Source of the DNA: Candidatus Dojkabacteria bacterium
Lineage (GTDB): Bacteria; Patescibacteriota; Dojkabacteria; SC72; T1SED10-24
DNA: 64,000 bases
Direction of reading: 5' to 3'
NCBI GenBank assembly: GCA_003554185.1
Contig: PWFU01000029.1
Span: 298-64,297 of the forward strand
Position 1 is the first letter of the stretch. Every line of letters starts with the position of its first letter. A program made the translations under genes and the position numbers. Positions 1-10,084 of the stretch are shown piece by piece. The notes below the pieces were generated by a model. It saw only the letters and a program-made list of their open reading frames with translations. It was not told where the DNA came from and did no database searches.

Positions 1-3000
1 CATAAAATGAATCATCTTCGACCCTTTCTTTCCTTATTCTATTACCATAAACAGGTGACTGATATTCTTTACCAGTTGCATAAAAATCCACAATTTTACC
101 ACCAGAACTAACCCACTCCGTACTCAAACCTGGAGTCTCTCCAGATATATTAGAATGTTGCAAGCCTAAATCATTATAAGATGCAGCATCATCACCTTCT
201 GGCAAATTTATATTCTCTGCAGAATATACTAAACCACCACGTGTAGCAATCCAAGGGACTCCCAAATTTTGTGACACATACTCCTGAGTATAATTACAAG
301 CTCTATATACTGCAACAATTTCAAAATCTAATGCACCATCATGATTCCTTTTAATATCTATTAAATCTTCTCCCTCAATATTTCTATGATCAGGTACAAA
401 CTCCCCACTAATAAGCCCTCTTTGATGCATATTATGTCTAAGAGTAGGTACTTCACGGTAACGATTAAAATAAGCATCTACTTCTATTTCTAGACTATCT
501 CCATCTAAATCATAAATTATTTCACTATACTCGTCTATATCTGTTAAAATAACTCCATCATTATTTAAAGCTACATAAGACCTAATGAACCTCATACCAA
601 AATCATCTTCAGCACCCCAATTTAATTGCAATTGCCTTGCTTGACCATCAACTTCTTCAATACTTAGTTCTTTATCCTGCACACCACTGCTGTATGACCA
701 AGTATCTTCATTTGATGGTTGAATCCAAGGAGTTCCATTTTCATATGTTTCGTTACCCAGAATATCCACAGCTTTAGCTTCTAAATCATAGTGATTAACA
801 GTAGGTTCTATATTTTCAAAAGTAATTTCAAAAATCGCCTCAACTTCAGTACCATTACATTCCGTTTCTTTCAATTTACCATATATATTATCCTTACCAC
901 CTTTCGTAGGATTAGCCCTCAAACGTAATTCACGATCTTGTTGAAATTCTGTATATATTTCATCATCGGATGGAGCAGGTGAATTCACATCTATATCCTC
1001 ACAACCATCTTCGTCTTCAAAAATAACTTTAAAATACGCTGGATTATCTATACTACAATCAAATTTTGTACGCTCCAAATCATTTTCACCAGAATGAATT
1101 TTGTGCTCTAAATCACCTCCATCATATTCAGAAGCATCATTCTCCATATTCCCAGATAAACGATCATTAGGATTAGCATACTCTGGATTTGGATCACCAT
1201 CTTCAGTTACGGGAATAATTTCTTTAACTCTTTGCTTATGATTTACTACAAAATTCTTTTCCAAAGGTAAACCTTCCGCTAAACCTTCACATCTATTTTG
1301 GCTATAATTTGTTGATTCGATCGTATACTCTTGCCCCTCAACAAAATCATTTTGTGTATCATTAAATACCCCAGTCCTAGGTCCAACACTAATACCAGGC
1401 GTCATATTATAATCATATAACCATAAAAACTCCTCTCCAAAAATTTGAGAATGATCATGTCTAACAGACCATTGGCGTTCTAAACATAAGTTATGAGAGG
1501 GTAGAGGACCCCAATCAAGAGAATATCTCGCGATACCATCAAAAGGATCACCATCTTGATACCTTGGGTTATCATCATCTCTATTAGAAGCTCTTAAATT
1601 ATAATATGGTATACCAGAATTCATAGGTCTTGGAAAAGAAATTCTACGACTATCTGAATCTAATTTTGCTTCTCTAAAAAAGGGACCTGACCTCAACCAA
1701 ATAATACGCAAAGTTATATCATCAGGTTCGATTTCAGGCTCTGGATCATGTTCTCGTACATAACAAGTTCTATCTGCATAACACCTCGTATTGTTTGTAC
1801 AATGTTGATCTCGATGATATAAGTTTCCAGAACCTTGAGCATTTGACCAGTATTTAAAATAACCACTTTGATATTCCTCCTGAAAACCAGTTCCACAATA
1901 ACAACCACCTGAAACAACTCTATTACCACCATCACACAAACAACCATCATATCTACTATTAGTCGTACAACCTTTTCTAACTTCATTACATTCATCTATA
2001 CACTTTACTCCAGACCAACCTTTACGACACCAAACCACACCATCAGCACTACAAACATCAGCCCCACCATGCCCAACAGGATTATTATCCATAAACAAAG
2101 GTCCCCAACCAGTCCAAGCAGGGTCATGTCGTCTACTTACACCTTCCACCTCAGGACAATCAGGTTCATTCATATCACAATCATAAGCACAATCATAATC
2201 ATGATCCCAATCATCGGGTTTTTCATCTTTACAGGCTGAGCAAGACACAGAATCATGTATACCTTCGGGACATTCACACCTCCAAGTAGATGTTTCCCCA
2301 TAATCTGGAAAACCTGGTCTACTTACCAATTGACCTTCATCACAAAAACGCCCTGAACCCCAGCGATAATCATCCCATTCATACTCCCTACCATCCCGAC
2401 TACCACATTTCGGAGGATCCGCTTTAGGAGTTAATTTAACATCAAGATTAACTCTAGAGCCATTAGGTGAGAGACTTAAGCTACAAGTTTTTTCAGTCTC
2501 AAATCCATCTTTGCTAAATTTAAATTCCCACCTCGTCCAACAACTTAAATACTCTTCACAGTCACTGCCAGTACAACCCATAGCATACCCCCCATCACTG
2601 TCAGTAGTGTCACTATCTTCGCTTATAGAACTAGGACAAAGATTTCCAAAACAAGGTTTTGCCTCTACAGAAACCCCCGAGATCTCTTCCCCAGTAGCTG
2701 CACACTCTACCGTACCTCCGATCGCTCCTCTATGATACCTTGTTGCCAAGTCATCGTCACACTCATGATCATCCACAGGAGCTTCTCCAACAGAATAAGA
2801 ACATCTATTACAATTATAACTTTCTATTCTGTCACTATCATCAGTTTGAAATGCTGAGCCTAAAGCATAAACGTCATTAGAAAATAAACTAATAACCATT
2901 TCCAATATATCATTCAGGTATAGAGATGATATATAAGTTCTTTGCACATATTTATCCTTCTTATACTGCAAAAAATCTTCCCAAGTACTAAAATCACCGT

Positions 3001-3871
3001 CACCAATCCTATCAACTACAAAAAATATATAAAAACCAGTCGTATCAACTATTTCTGAGACATCACCTTCTTCTTCAAGAGCAGAAATAGCGTCCCATTC
3101 GCTTTCACCATCACCCTCGGGAAAAATTTCAGGAGCAGATCTCTCATTTATGCGCTTGTAACCCAAAGCACTATCTATTGGTCTAAAATATTCCTCCTGA
3201 GCAATCTCAACTACTTCGTCATAAGACTTGCCCTCTTTTATCATTTCATATAATTCAGTAATCTCGCTCTTTACCTTCTCAACCTTCTCATGCGATTCAT
3301 CATCAGTCACCCAATAGTCATGCCTCATATGAATAGCTTTGACATCGTAGTCATACAAAACCTCATCCGAGAGCTTCTCCTGCAAAATACTTAACTCTCT
3401 TCTATCTTTCGACATCTCGGGAGTCCAACCATTATATGCACTATCCAAGACTCTCACCATTTCTTCTTCACTACCATACATATCAACTAATTCCTGATAA
3501 TTTTTCTCTAATTCATCAGGATCCACTTCTATACCTCTTTTTTCAGCCTCTTTACGAATAATCATTTCCTCAATCAAAATATCGAGAATTCTAGCTTTAG
3601 AATTTTCTAAAGCTTCTTCATTACCAGTATACTCATAAAAGCCTTTCCACTGATTAGCAACTTTTTCATAATCCTTCCTAGTAATTTCTTCATTACCAAC
3701 TTTTACTAAAACATCATCTTCATCAACTACGAAATAGTCATAAACTAAATAACCCACTAAAAGGAAAATCACTAAAACAACTAAAAAAAGAAAAACCTTC
3801 AAAACCGAATTGACTTTGTTAGAAGCATTATTCTCTTGCTTTTGATTATCATCTTTTCTTTTTTCAGACAT
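1..3871 (-). CDS. Large membrane-anchored surface protein; 5' end complete, 3' end beyond the window. N-terminal TM helix, PpiD/PrsA-like SurA_N plus parvulin-type PPIase region, carboxypeptidase-regulatory-like beta-sandwich, then a long Cys-rich extracellular region
   Basis: ATG at 3871-3869, 7 nt after the receiver gene stop. In-frame stop upstream at 3886-3884. I read all 1290 in-frame codons down to position 2 and found no stop. It is absent from the ORF track only because it has no stop inside the window. N-terminus MSEKRKDDNQKQENNASNKVNSVLKVFLFLVVLVIFLLVGYLVY (basic tail plus TM). Parvulin-like VKAIHMRH...GDVSEIVDTTGFYIFFVVDR. About 40 Cys further on. Confidence 0.85.
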   Translation of the reverse strand, partial: MSEKRKDDNQKQENNASNKVNSVLKVFLFLVVLVIFLLVGYLVYDYFVVDEDDVLVKVGNEEITRKDYEKVANQWKGFYEYTGNEEALENSKARILDILIEEMIIRKEAEKRGIEVDPDELEKNYQELVDMYGSEEEMVRVLDSAYNGWTPEMSKDRRELSILQEKLSDEVLYDYDVKAIHMRHDYWVTDDESHEKVEKVKSEITELYEMIKEGKSYDEVVEIAQEEYFRPIDSALGYKRINERSAPEIFPEGDGESEWDAISALEEEGDVSEIVDTTGFYIFFVVDRIGDGDFSTWEDFLQYKKDKYVQRTYISSLYLNDILEMVISLFSNDVYALGSAFQTDDSDRIESYNCNRCSYSVGEAPVDDHECDDDLATRYHRGAIGGTVECAATGEEISGVSVEAKPCFGNLCPSSISEDSDTTDSDGGYAMGCTGSDCEEYLSCWTRWEFKFSKDGFETEKTCSLSLSPNGSRVNLDVKLTPKADPPKCGSRDGREYEWDDYRWGSGRFCDEGQLVSRPGFPDYGETSTWRCECPEGIHDSVSCSACKDEKPDDWDHDYDCAYDCDMNEPDCPEVEGVSRRHDPAWTGWGPLFMDNNPVGHGGADVCSADGVVWCRKGWSGVKCIDECNEVRKGCTTNSRYDGCLCDGGNRVVSGGCYCGTGFQEEYQSGYFKYWSNAQGSGNLYHRDQHCTNNTRCYADRTCYVREHDPEPEIEPDDITLRIIWLRSGPFFREAKLDSDSRRISFPRPMNSGIPYYNLRASNRDDDNPRYQDGDPFDGIARYSLDWGPLPSHNLCLERQWSVRHDHSQIFGEEFLWLYDYNMTPGISVGPRTGVFNDTQNDFVEGQEYTIESTNYSQNRCEGLAEGLPLEKNFVVNHKQRVKEIIPVTEDGDPNPEYANPNDRLSGNMENDASEYDGGDLEHKIHSGENDLERTKFDCSIDNPAYFKVIFEDEDGCEDIDVNSPAPSDDEIYTEFQQDRELRLRANPTKGGKDNIYGKLKETECNGTEVEAIFEITFENIEPTVNHYDLEAKAVDILGNETYENGTPWIQPSNEDTWSYSSGVQDKELSIEEVDGQARQLQLNWGAEDDFGMRFIRSYVALNNDGVILTDIDEYSEIIYDLDGDSLEIEVDAYFNRYREVPTLRHNMHQRGLISGEFVPDHRNIEGEDLIDIKRNHDGALDFEIVAVYRACNYTQEYVSQNLGVPWIATRGGLVYSAENINLPEGDDAASYNDLGLQHSNISGETPGLSTEWVSSGGKIVDFYATGKEYQSPVYGNRIRKERVEDDSFY

Positions 3872-3878
3872 CTGAAAA

Positions 3879-4259
3879 TTACTCTAAAATCTTTTCAATC
3901 TCCTTAACTAAAGAATCCATTGTCATTTCATTTTTAATTAAATAGGAGACAACACCCAGATCAAAACATTCTTTTATCGTACTCTCACTCGTCATATTTG
4001 TCAAAGCTAAAACAGGTGCATTCGAATACTTCTCCTCATTTTCTCCCTTCATTCTTAAAACCTCAGTACCATCTAAAACAGGCATCATAATATCTAAAAC
4101 AATCAAAAAAGAAATTTCATCCTTATGTTTTTCCATCATATCCAAACCTTTATAACCATCACTGGCTTTTAAAGTTTCATAACCTTTAGACTCCAAAAAA
4201 TCCGCATATGTATCTAACAACATCTCTTCATCTTCTATCAATAATATTTTTTTTGCCAT
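3879..4259 (-). CDS. Stand-alone CheY-like response-regulator receiver domain (PilH-like position, no output domain)
   Basis: 126 aa. KILLIEDEE acidic pocket, VLDIMMP phospho-acceptor Asp, ALTN and YLIK conserved Thr/Lys positions. Confidence 0.85.
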   Translation of the reverse strand: MAKKILLIEDEEMLLDTYADFLESKGYETLKASDGYKGLDMMEKHKDEISFLIVLDIMMPVLDGTEVLRMKGENEEKYSNAPVLALTNMTSESTIKECFDLGVVSYLIKNEMTMDSLVKEIEKILE

Positions 4260-4294
4260 TATTCTAACTTTTAAATTTTAAATACATTTTTAAT

Positions 4295-5227
4295 TCACTC
4301 AGCAATACGCTCAGGTCTTAACTCGCCTGCACCATTAAATAATACGTAATCAAAGATGGGTGGAGCAAACGGTTCACTTGGCATTGCAAATTCTTTACCC
4401 ACATAACGATCTCCACATGTAGCACCTACTTGTATTAGAAAAATATCCTTCAACTCACAAGCATCGGAGGCATCCCAAGATAACCTTGAAAGACCACCTA
4501 AAGACTTGAAGCGTATTTCATAAATATTTACCACATCTCTATCTTGAGGCATGTCTTCAGGTAATTTTATCAGACCAGTCTCTGGAGCATGTTCCTTCCA
4601 ATTACCAGAATCTCCATCATATTGATACCCCTGAATATCCCCACGATCATAGGGTAGATATTTTTCACCAGGACCTCCATCCTTACTAAAGGTAGACATT
4701 ATAAAACCCTCAGGGTTATCTACAGGACGCATTTCAAAATCTATCTCACAACCCGAAGGATTTTCTGGTTTTAAAAACAGACTATATACCTCATCTCTTT
4801 CTATACCAACATCATCACGTTCTGTTCCATATCTAATACTAATATCAGCAGTACAATAATCTTCCACTTCACCAATTTCACCGAGTTCTCTTAATTCTTC
4901 CGATACATCAATATAATCATGTAATTCATCTAGTATTTCGGCAAAATCTTCCATACTAATATTTTCCTGATTACAACCTACCCCAAAATCATCACAATCA
5001 TCAAGCTCATGAGTAAAAACCTCTCCAACTTTGTTATAATCAGAACTGCCAATTATCCCAGCCGTTGTTTCTGCTATCTCATTGGCCTCCGCAGAAGCCC
5101 TTTCTCCTACCAACCTCTCTTGTTCTCTAACAGACCTAGTATACAAAGCGAAAACTATAACAGCACCAACTATCAGAAGAACCATAACCAAAGCAAGAGA
5201 TTGAGCATCGTATTTTCTGGTTTTCAT
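4295..5227 (-). CDS. Pilus-associated minor-pilin-like protein with a PilX_N-type hydrophobic N-terminus (no Glu5)
   Basis: 310 aa. N-terminus MKTRKYDAQSLALVMVLLIVGAVIVFALY. Last gene of the minor pilin run. Confidence 0.55.
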   Translation of the reverse strand: MKTRKYDAQSLALVMVLLIVGAVIVFALYTRSVREQERLVGERASAEANEIAETTAGIIGSSDYNKVGEVFTHELDDCDDFGVGCNQENISMEDFAEILDELHDYIDVSEELRELGEIGEVEDYCTADISIRYGTERDDVGIERDEVYSLFLKPENPSGCEIDFEMRPVDNPEGFIMSTFSKDGGPGEKYLPYDRGDIQGYQYDGDSGNWKEHAPETGLIKLPEDMPQDRDVVNIYEIRFKSLGGLSRLSWDASDACELKDIFLIQVGATCGDRYVGKEFAMPSEPFAPPIFDYVLFNGAGELRPERIAE

Positions 5228-5300
5228 AAAAAAATAAAAAGCAAATAACTAACTTTTACATTAAACAACATACTTATATCTTTGTCAATAATTTGAAATT

Positions 5301-6059
5301 TTAGTTATACCAATCTTCAAAACCCCTTGTTTGAACAACAAAACTTTTAACATGTTCGGGCATATTTTCACTTCCTAGTTCATAACTAGACATTCCTCCA
5401 ACTCCATATCTAGGTTCCATAGTTATATCAAACATAAATATGTCGTTAATTCCACCTTCCTGCCTATTAATATCAAAACCTTCTATACTAACTAAATCAG
5501 AGTTTAAAATCATAAAATCCTTCAAAAACTGATCCCCATAGTTATCATGTTCGGGATTAAAACAAGGGCCATCTTCGTCTTCATAAGTCTCCCAATCATC
5601 ATCATATTCTATTTTATTACGAGCAATAAAAACTCTATTCTCATCTAATCTAAAATAACCTATGCAAACAATCTCGCCCATTGAAGCAGAAGGGCGGTAA
5701 TGAATTTCAACCCCACTTTCGTTCTCAAGAGGACTTCCACGATCCCTAGAAGGGTAAAAAGTAGGATTTCGGTTAAACAACAAATTTCCCTCATCAGTTT
5801 CAAACTCTATATCACCATCTTCATCTACTACATTAACATAAATTCTTACTCCGTCATCCTTATGAGCATTTCGAATATGCCTGGTTATAATCTCCTGTAG
5901 ATATTCACCCTCCTGACGCATATTAGTCCTAGCCGTTATACTGTTAGAAGCTCTCATAAGATTTGTTAAAACATTTCCAAAAGCTATGAATATTATAGCT
6001 GTAATGAACATCACAATTATCATTTCTACAAGTGTAAAACTTCTATAATTAGTCATCAT
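5301..6059 (-). CDS. Type IV minor pilin (prepilin-type N-terminal cleavage/methylation domain)
   Basis: MMTNYRS|FTLVEMIIVMFITAIIF class III signal. 11-nt overlap with the upstream pilin gene. Confidence 0.75.
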   Translation of the reverse strand: MMTNYRSFTLVEMIIVMFITAIIFIAFGNVLTNLMRASNSITARTNMRQEGEYLQEIITRHIRNAHKDDGVRIYVNVVDEDGDIEFETDEGNLLFNRNPTFYPSRDRGSPLENESGVEIHYRPSASMGEIVCIGYFRLDENRVFIARNKIEYDDDWETYEDEDGPCFNPEHDNYGDQFLKDFMILNSDLVSIEGFDINRQEGGINDIFMFDITMEPRYGVGGMSSYELGSENMPEHVKSFVVQTRGFEDWYN

Positions 6060-6579
6060 AAATAATTATTGCCAAATTATATGTATAGTCCTCCACATCT
6101 TCAAAGTCCTGAACATATCCAGTTACTATGTACCCCATATACATAGTCCCTTCATCTAAGTCCTTCCTATGATCTATGCAAAAACCCATATACGCCTGTT
6201 CTTGAACATCACCATTATCGCCATATTCAATATTATACTTAAAATCATCATTACCACACATATCACTCGAATCACTCTTCCATATATCATTATCTAAAAT
6301 CTCATCCTCATCGACACCTTCATCAACTGCATAGCAACGATCCTTATCAAAAGTATCTCCAGATTCCATAGGATCTCTAGTCCATTCTGCATATCTTCTA
6401 ACCCCTAAAGCACCTCTGTAAGCTAATCTAGTCAAAGCATCCTGTCTTTCCATTCTAATTGCTTCCCGATAGGTAGTAGATGTCATGTTTATAAATAAAG
6501 CTATAGCAATACTAGCCACAGCCATAGCTATCAAAACTTCTACCAAACCTACTGCTTTGTATTCTTCTTTTTTATACAT
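6049..6579 (-). CDS. Type IV minor pilin-like protein
   Basis: MYKKEEYKAVG|LVEVLIAMAVASIAIALF, with Glu at +5 after Gly. Confidence 0.7.
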   Translation of the reverse strand: MYKKEEYKAVGLVEVLIAMAVASIAIALFINMTSTTYREAIRMERQDALTRLAYRGALGVRRYAEWTRDPMESGDTFDKDRCYAVDEGVDEDEILDNDIWKSDSSDMCGNDDFKYNIEYGDNGDVQEQAYMGFCIDHRKDLDEGTMYMGYIVTGYVQDFEDVEDYTYNLAIIIYDD

Positions 6580-6584
6580 TTAAA

Positions 6585-7379
6585 CTAATCCTCTCTGTGT
6601 AGTAAATTATCTACATGTATAACTCCTGATACTGGATAGATGTTTATAACTCTTTCCGACACACCATCATGACTCTTTATTTCAATTTGTAAAGGCTCAA
6701 AATCATCTTCATTAATATTCCAATCCCCCTCTTCTAAATTACCTTGATCATATCCTGTTAAATAACCCCCACTACCCCAACCCCAAACCCAACCAGGACC
6801 CGTTGCTCCTGTATACATAAAAGCTTTTCCTGTTACAGACTGGAAAAAAACTATCTCTCTATTATTACCTTCGGAGAATTCAAAATTAAGATTGTTATAC
6901 TCTTCAAGACTTATTTCTCTTTTATTTTCACGATTAGGGATATGATTCGCACCAATAGTCGCAGGCTCTCCTGTGCAAGTATCTTCTAAGTTCACCGAAC
7001 CAAAAAACTCCCTCCCACCAGCAGGGTGCATAAAATCATTATTAAATGGTACATCACTGGTATGTCTAACATTACTACCATCAAACCTCGATTCCGGGGC
7101 ACAGAACTTAAAAACCGTATAACTCGGATTATCTTCATCGGTTATATTTCCAAAATCAATCCCTACACCATAAACCCACCTATCATCAGATCTTCTTTCA
7201 ACCATCATAGCAGATCTCTGAGCACGCCTAATATCTTGAGTAATTTCTAGAGTTACTTCATTAACAGCATTAACATTTAATAATGAGCTAAATGCGGAAA
7301 AAACTATTCCAAAGAGGATAATCATAACCCCCATCACAACAATCATTTCTACAAGTGTAGCACCAGAATACTTTTGCAT
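6585..7379 (-). CDS. Type IV minor pilin
   Basis: MQKYSG|ATLVEMIVVMGVMIILFGIVF. The track start at 7391 is a TTG; the ATG at 7379 gives a normal short prepilin leader. Confidence 0.75.
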   Translation of the reverse strand: MQKYSGATLVEMIVVMGVMIILFGIVFSAFSSLLNVNAVNEVTLEITQDIRRAQRSAMMVERRSDDRWVYGVGIDFGNITDEDNPSYTVFKFCAPESRFDGSNVRHTSDVPFNNDFMHPAGGREFFGSVNLEDTCTGEPATIGANHIPNRENKREISLEEYNNLNFEFSEGNNREIVFFQSVTGKAFMYTGATGPGWVWGWGSGGYLTGYDQGNLEEGDWNINEDDFEPLQIEIKSHDGVSERVINIYPVSGVIHVDNLLHRED

Positions 7380-7412
7380 AATATTGAACAAAATAATTCA
7401 CTTTTAAACAAT

Positions 7413-8183
7413 TTACCACACACCAAATATATAATCAAATGGATTAATACCTTCACCTTGAAAATATAAATTTAGTAAAAAACCTAAAAAAACAAAAGGT
7501 AAAAAAGGAACATATTTCTTAAAAAAAGTTTTGTCTTTTAAAACAAGAAAAATACCCACCAAACCACCTATAAGAATGGAATAGAGTAGGGTAGTTAAAA
7601 AGAAATCTAAAGGAAACCAAAAAGCTAAAACAAAAAAAACTATAATATCACCTAAACCAAAAGCTTTTTTCTTTAAAGAAATTAAAAAAACAAACAATGC
7701 AATTATTAAACTAAAAACAACAGAATATACCCTATACAAATCAAAATCTAAAAATAATATTATTAACCAAAACAAAAAACTTAAAAAGAGAACAACATCC
7801 GTTATATTCTTAGGAATTGTTTGATACAAAAAGTCAGAAGATGCCCAAAAATAGAGAATTAGGAGAAAAATGTAGTAATAGATATCAAAGGAATAGAAAT
7901 ATAAAAAAACAAAACACAAACCTAATATAACTTCTGTTAAAAAATGAAAAATATTAATCCTACAATCACATTCAGAACATTTACCTCTTAAAAACAAAAA
8001 AGAGAGTAGGGGAATTAATTCTAGCCATCCCAACCTCTTATTACACTCCTCACAAAAAGATTTACCAAGAAGAATATCCCTAAAAGAACTTTCTTGCTCT
8101 ATTCTATAAACACATAGATTTAAAAAACTTGCAAAAACAGATCCTATAAAGAAAAGAAAAATGTAATTTAATATTTCAAGCAT
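7413..8183 (-). CDS. pilD: Prepilin peptidase (A24 family, PilD-type)
   Basis: Polytopic membrane protein with the N-terminal CxxC...CxxC motif (CEECNKRLGW...GKCSECDCRI) and GLGD-type aspartyl motif (AFGLGDIIVF). Confidence 0.85.
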   Translation of the reverse strand: MLEILNYIFLFFIGSVFASFLNLCVYRIEQESSFRDILLGKSFCEECNKRLGWLELIPLLSFLFLRGKCSECDCRINIFHFLTEVILGLCFVFLYFYSFDIYYYIFLLILYFWASSDFLYQTIPKNITDVVLFLSFLFWLIILFLDFDLYRVYSVVFSLIIALFVFLISLKKKAFGLGDIIVFFVLAFWFPLDFFLTTLLYSILIGGLVGIFLVLKDKTFFKKYVPFLPFVFLGFLLNLYFQGEGINPFDYIFGVW

Positions 8184-8200
8184 GGGATATTATACAATAC

Positions 8201-8235
8201 AAAAATCAAAGGACGCACCCATTCAGCGTACGTCC
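8201..8235 (-). terminator. Rho-independent terminator/attenuator after the major pilin gene
   Basis: On the minus strand GGACGTAC (8235-8228) pairs with GTGCGTCC (8218-8211): 8 bp with one G-U. It is followed by TTTGATTTTT (8210-8201). Confidence 0.55.
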
Positions 8236-8264
8236 CTCATAAACAAAATTCTATTCCCAAAACA

Positions 8265-8795
8265 TCAAAAACTTCCAGCTCCATCATCTGCTTCAGGATC
8301 CCATGTATCTACAGCCTCCCAATTACCCTCACTTCCAGAATCCTGATCTTGGGTAATATTGCTCCAATCATCTACGCTATAAGCTAAATCATCAAATCCA
8401 GTAGCTTCAATCGCAGCACTAAGATTTCCCCTACAGACACCCCCATCCTCATCGTCCTCAGTATACTGAGCACATACAAGAAAAGACTGTTGACTATTAT
8501 CAGTCCAATAATAAAAATTACTCCTCGTACCACCATCAAAATCTTGAATATAATCACTTAGATAATCATCTACTAACGCTCCCATATCTCCAGGTTGGGG
8601 GAATACCCTAGCATTAGCAAAATAAGCAGTCAAACCAGCTTCTAAATCACCCACAGCTGCATTCTTTTCTGTTTCTGCAGCCATCCGCATCGCATACTGA
8701 CCACCAGCAATACCAGCAGCCATAAGAATAATCATTATCCCCATAACAATAAGCATTTCTACCAAAGTAAAAGCACTATAATTCCTTTTTTTCAT
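8265..8795 (-). CDS. Major type IV pilin candidate
   Basis: MKKRNYSA|FTLVEMLIVMGIMIILMAAGIAG. It has its own promoter-like element upstream and a terminator downstream. Acidic C-terminus. Confidence 0.75.
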   Translation of the reverse strand: MKKRNYSAFTLVEMLIVMGIMIILMAAGIAGGQYAMRMAAETEKNAAVGDLEAGLTAYFANARVFPQPGDMGALVDDYLSDYIQDFDGGTRSNFYYWTDNSQQSFLVCAQYTEDDEDGGVCRGNLSAAIEATGFDDLAYSVDDWSNITQDQDSGSEGNWEAVDTWDPEADDGAGSF

Positions 8796-8832
8796 TTTCG
8801 TTCATTTTGATAATTTAAGTATCAGTGTTTTC

Positions 8833-8861
8833 AATTTACAACGTTCTTTTTCAAATGTCAA
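8833..8861 (-). promoter_or_regulatory. Candidate sigma70-type promoter for the major pilin gene
   Basis: Minus strand TTGACA (8861-8856), 17-nt spacer, TAAATT (8838-8833), in the pilC-pilin intergenic region. Confidence 0.4.
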
Positions 8862-8869
8862 TAGTCATT

Positions 8870-10078
8870 TTACATCATTACTTCAGCCAAACCAAACATC
8901 GGAGAATACACTGCCAAAGCGATAAATCCAATAACTGCACCCATTACAACAAGCATTACAGGTTCAAGCATTGTTGCCATATTATCCGCAATATTATTTA
9001 CCTCCTCATTAAAAAGTTCAGCCATTTTACTTAATATACCATCCAAAGCACCAGACTCTTCACCAACAGAAATCATTTGACCAATAATATCAGGAAAAAA
9101 TTCATTTCTTGATATTGGAATAGCAAGAGGAGTACCTTTTTCAACCTCTCCTTTAGCTTGTAAAACAGCATTTTGGAAATGCACATTTGAAAGGGCATCT
9201 GAAGTTAAACCAAGAGCTTCGACAATTGAAAGACCACTCTTTAATAGAATGGACAGAGTCCTCGTAAACTGAGTAAGCTGCATCTTAACCATTAAGTTAC
9301 CAAAAAGCGGCATTTTAAGCAAAAGAAGGTGGAACGAACGTTTTCCCCTAGGTGTATCTATAAACAGCTTGATTCCTATAGCAACAATACCAAGAATCGC
9401 CAATATCAACCACCAATATTCAATCATCCCATCACTTACAGCAATAGTAACCTGAGTAACCCATGGAAGTTCTGCATCAAAATCAGCATACATATCACTC
9501 ATAGCAGGGACCAAAACAAGCATCAAAAGTACAATTACAGCTATCATTATTACAACAATAATCGCTGGATATGTAAAAGCACTCTTTATTTTCGTTTGCA
9601 ATTTATCTTTCTCTTCAAGTTCATCAGCAAGGATTCTAAGCACCTCTTCTAGATTACCAGTTGCCTCCGCAGCTTCCAAAAGACCTAGAACAACGTTATC
9701 AAAGACACCTTTGTGTTTTTTAAAAGCCCCAGCCAAAGAAGAGCCTCCCTCAACATCAGAAACTACATCGGTAACAACCCTTTGGAAATATGGGTTTTCT
9801 ACTTGTTGAGAGAGAATACTAAGAGCTTTATTCAGTGAAATACCAGCTGAAATCATAGTTGCAAACTGCCTCATAAACAAGACCTTATCCTTCATAGGTA
9901 TACCACCTATATTAATCTCACTAAGTTTGCTAAAGTCATATCCTTCCCCACGAATATCTATAACTAGAAGACCTTGCCCTTGGAGTGATTCAGCAACACG
10001 ATCAACACTTTTTGCTTCTAAGACACCAGATACTTCTTTCCCATTTTGATCCTTTGCCTTGTATTTAAACTTTTTCAT
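8870..10078 (-). CDS. pilC: Type IV pilus platform protein PilC (GspF family)
   Basis: 402 aa, two GspF-type repeats, three TM segments. Sits between pilT and the pilin gene. Confidence 0.9.
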   Translation of the reverse strand: MKKFKYKAKDQNGKEVSGVLEAKSVDRVAESLQGQGLLVIDIRGEGYDFSKLSEINIGGIPMKDKVLFMRQFATMISAGISLNKALSILSQQVENPYFQRVVTDVVSDVEGGSSLAGAFKKHKGVFDNVVLGLLEAAEATGNLEEVLRILADELEEKDKLQTKIKSAFTYPAIIVVIMIAVIVLLMLVLVPAMSDMYADFDAELPWVTQVTIAVSDGMIEYWWLILAILGIVAIGIKLFIDTPRGKRSFHLLLLKMPLFGNLMVKMQLTQFTRTLSILLKSGLSIVEALGLTSDALSNVHFQNAVLQAKGEVEKGTPLAIPISRNEFFPDIIGQMISVGEESGALDGILSKMAELFNEEVNNIADNMATMLEPVMLVVMGAVIGFIALAVYSPMFGLAEVMM

Positions 10079-10084
10079 AAGATA

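Noticed and set aside
1714-2735. Track ORFs 1714-1995 (-) and 2511-2735 (+).
   Set aside because: Both lie inside the 1290-codon ORF in other frames. They have odd composition (MNVMKLEKVV..., proline/serine-rich) and no start context, so they are shadow ORFs.
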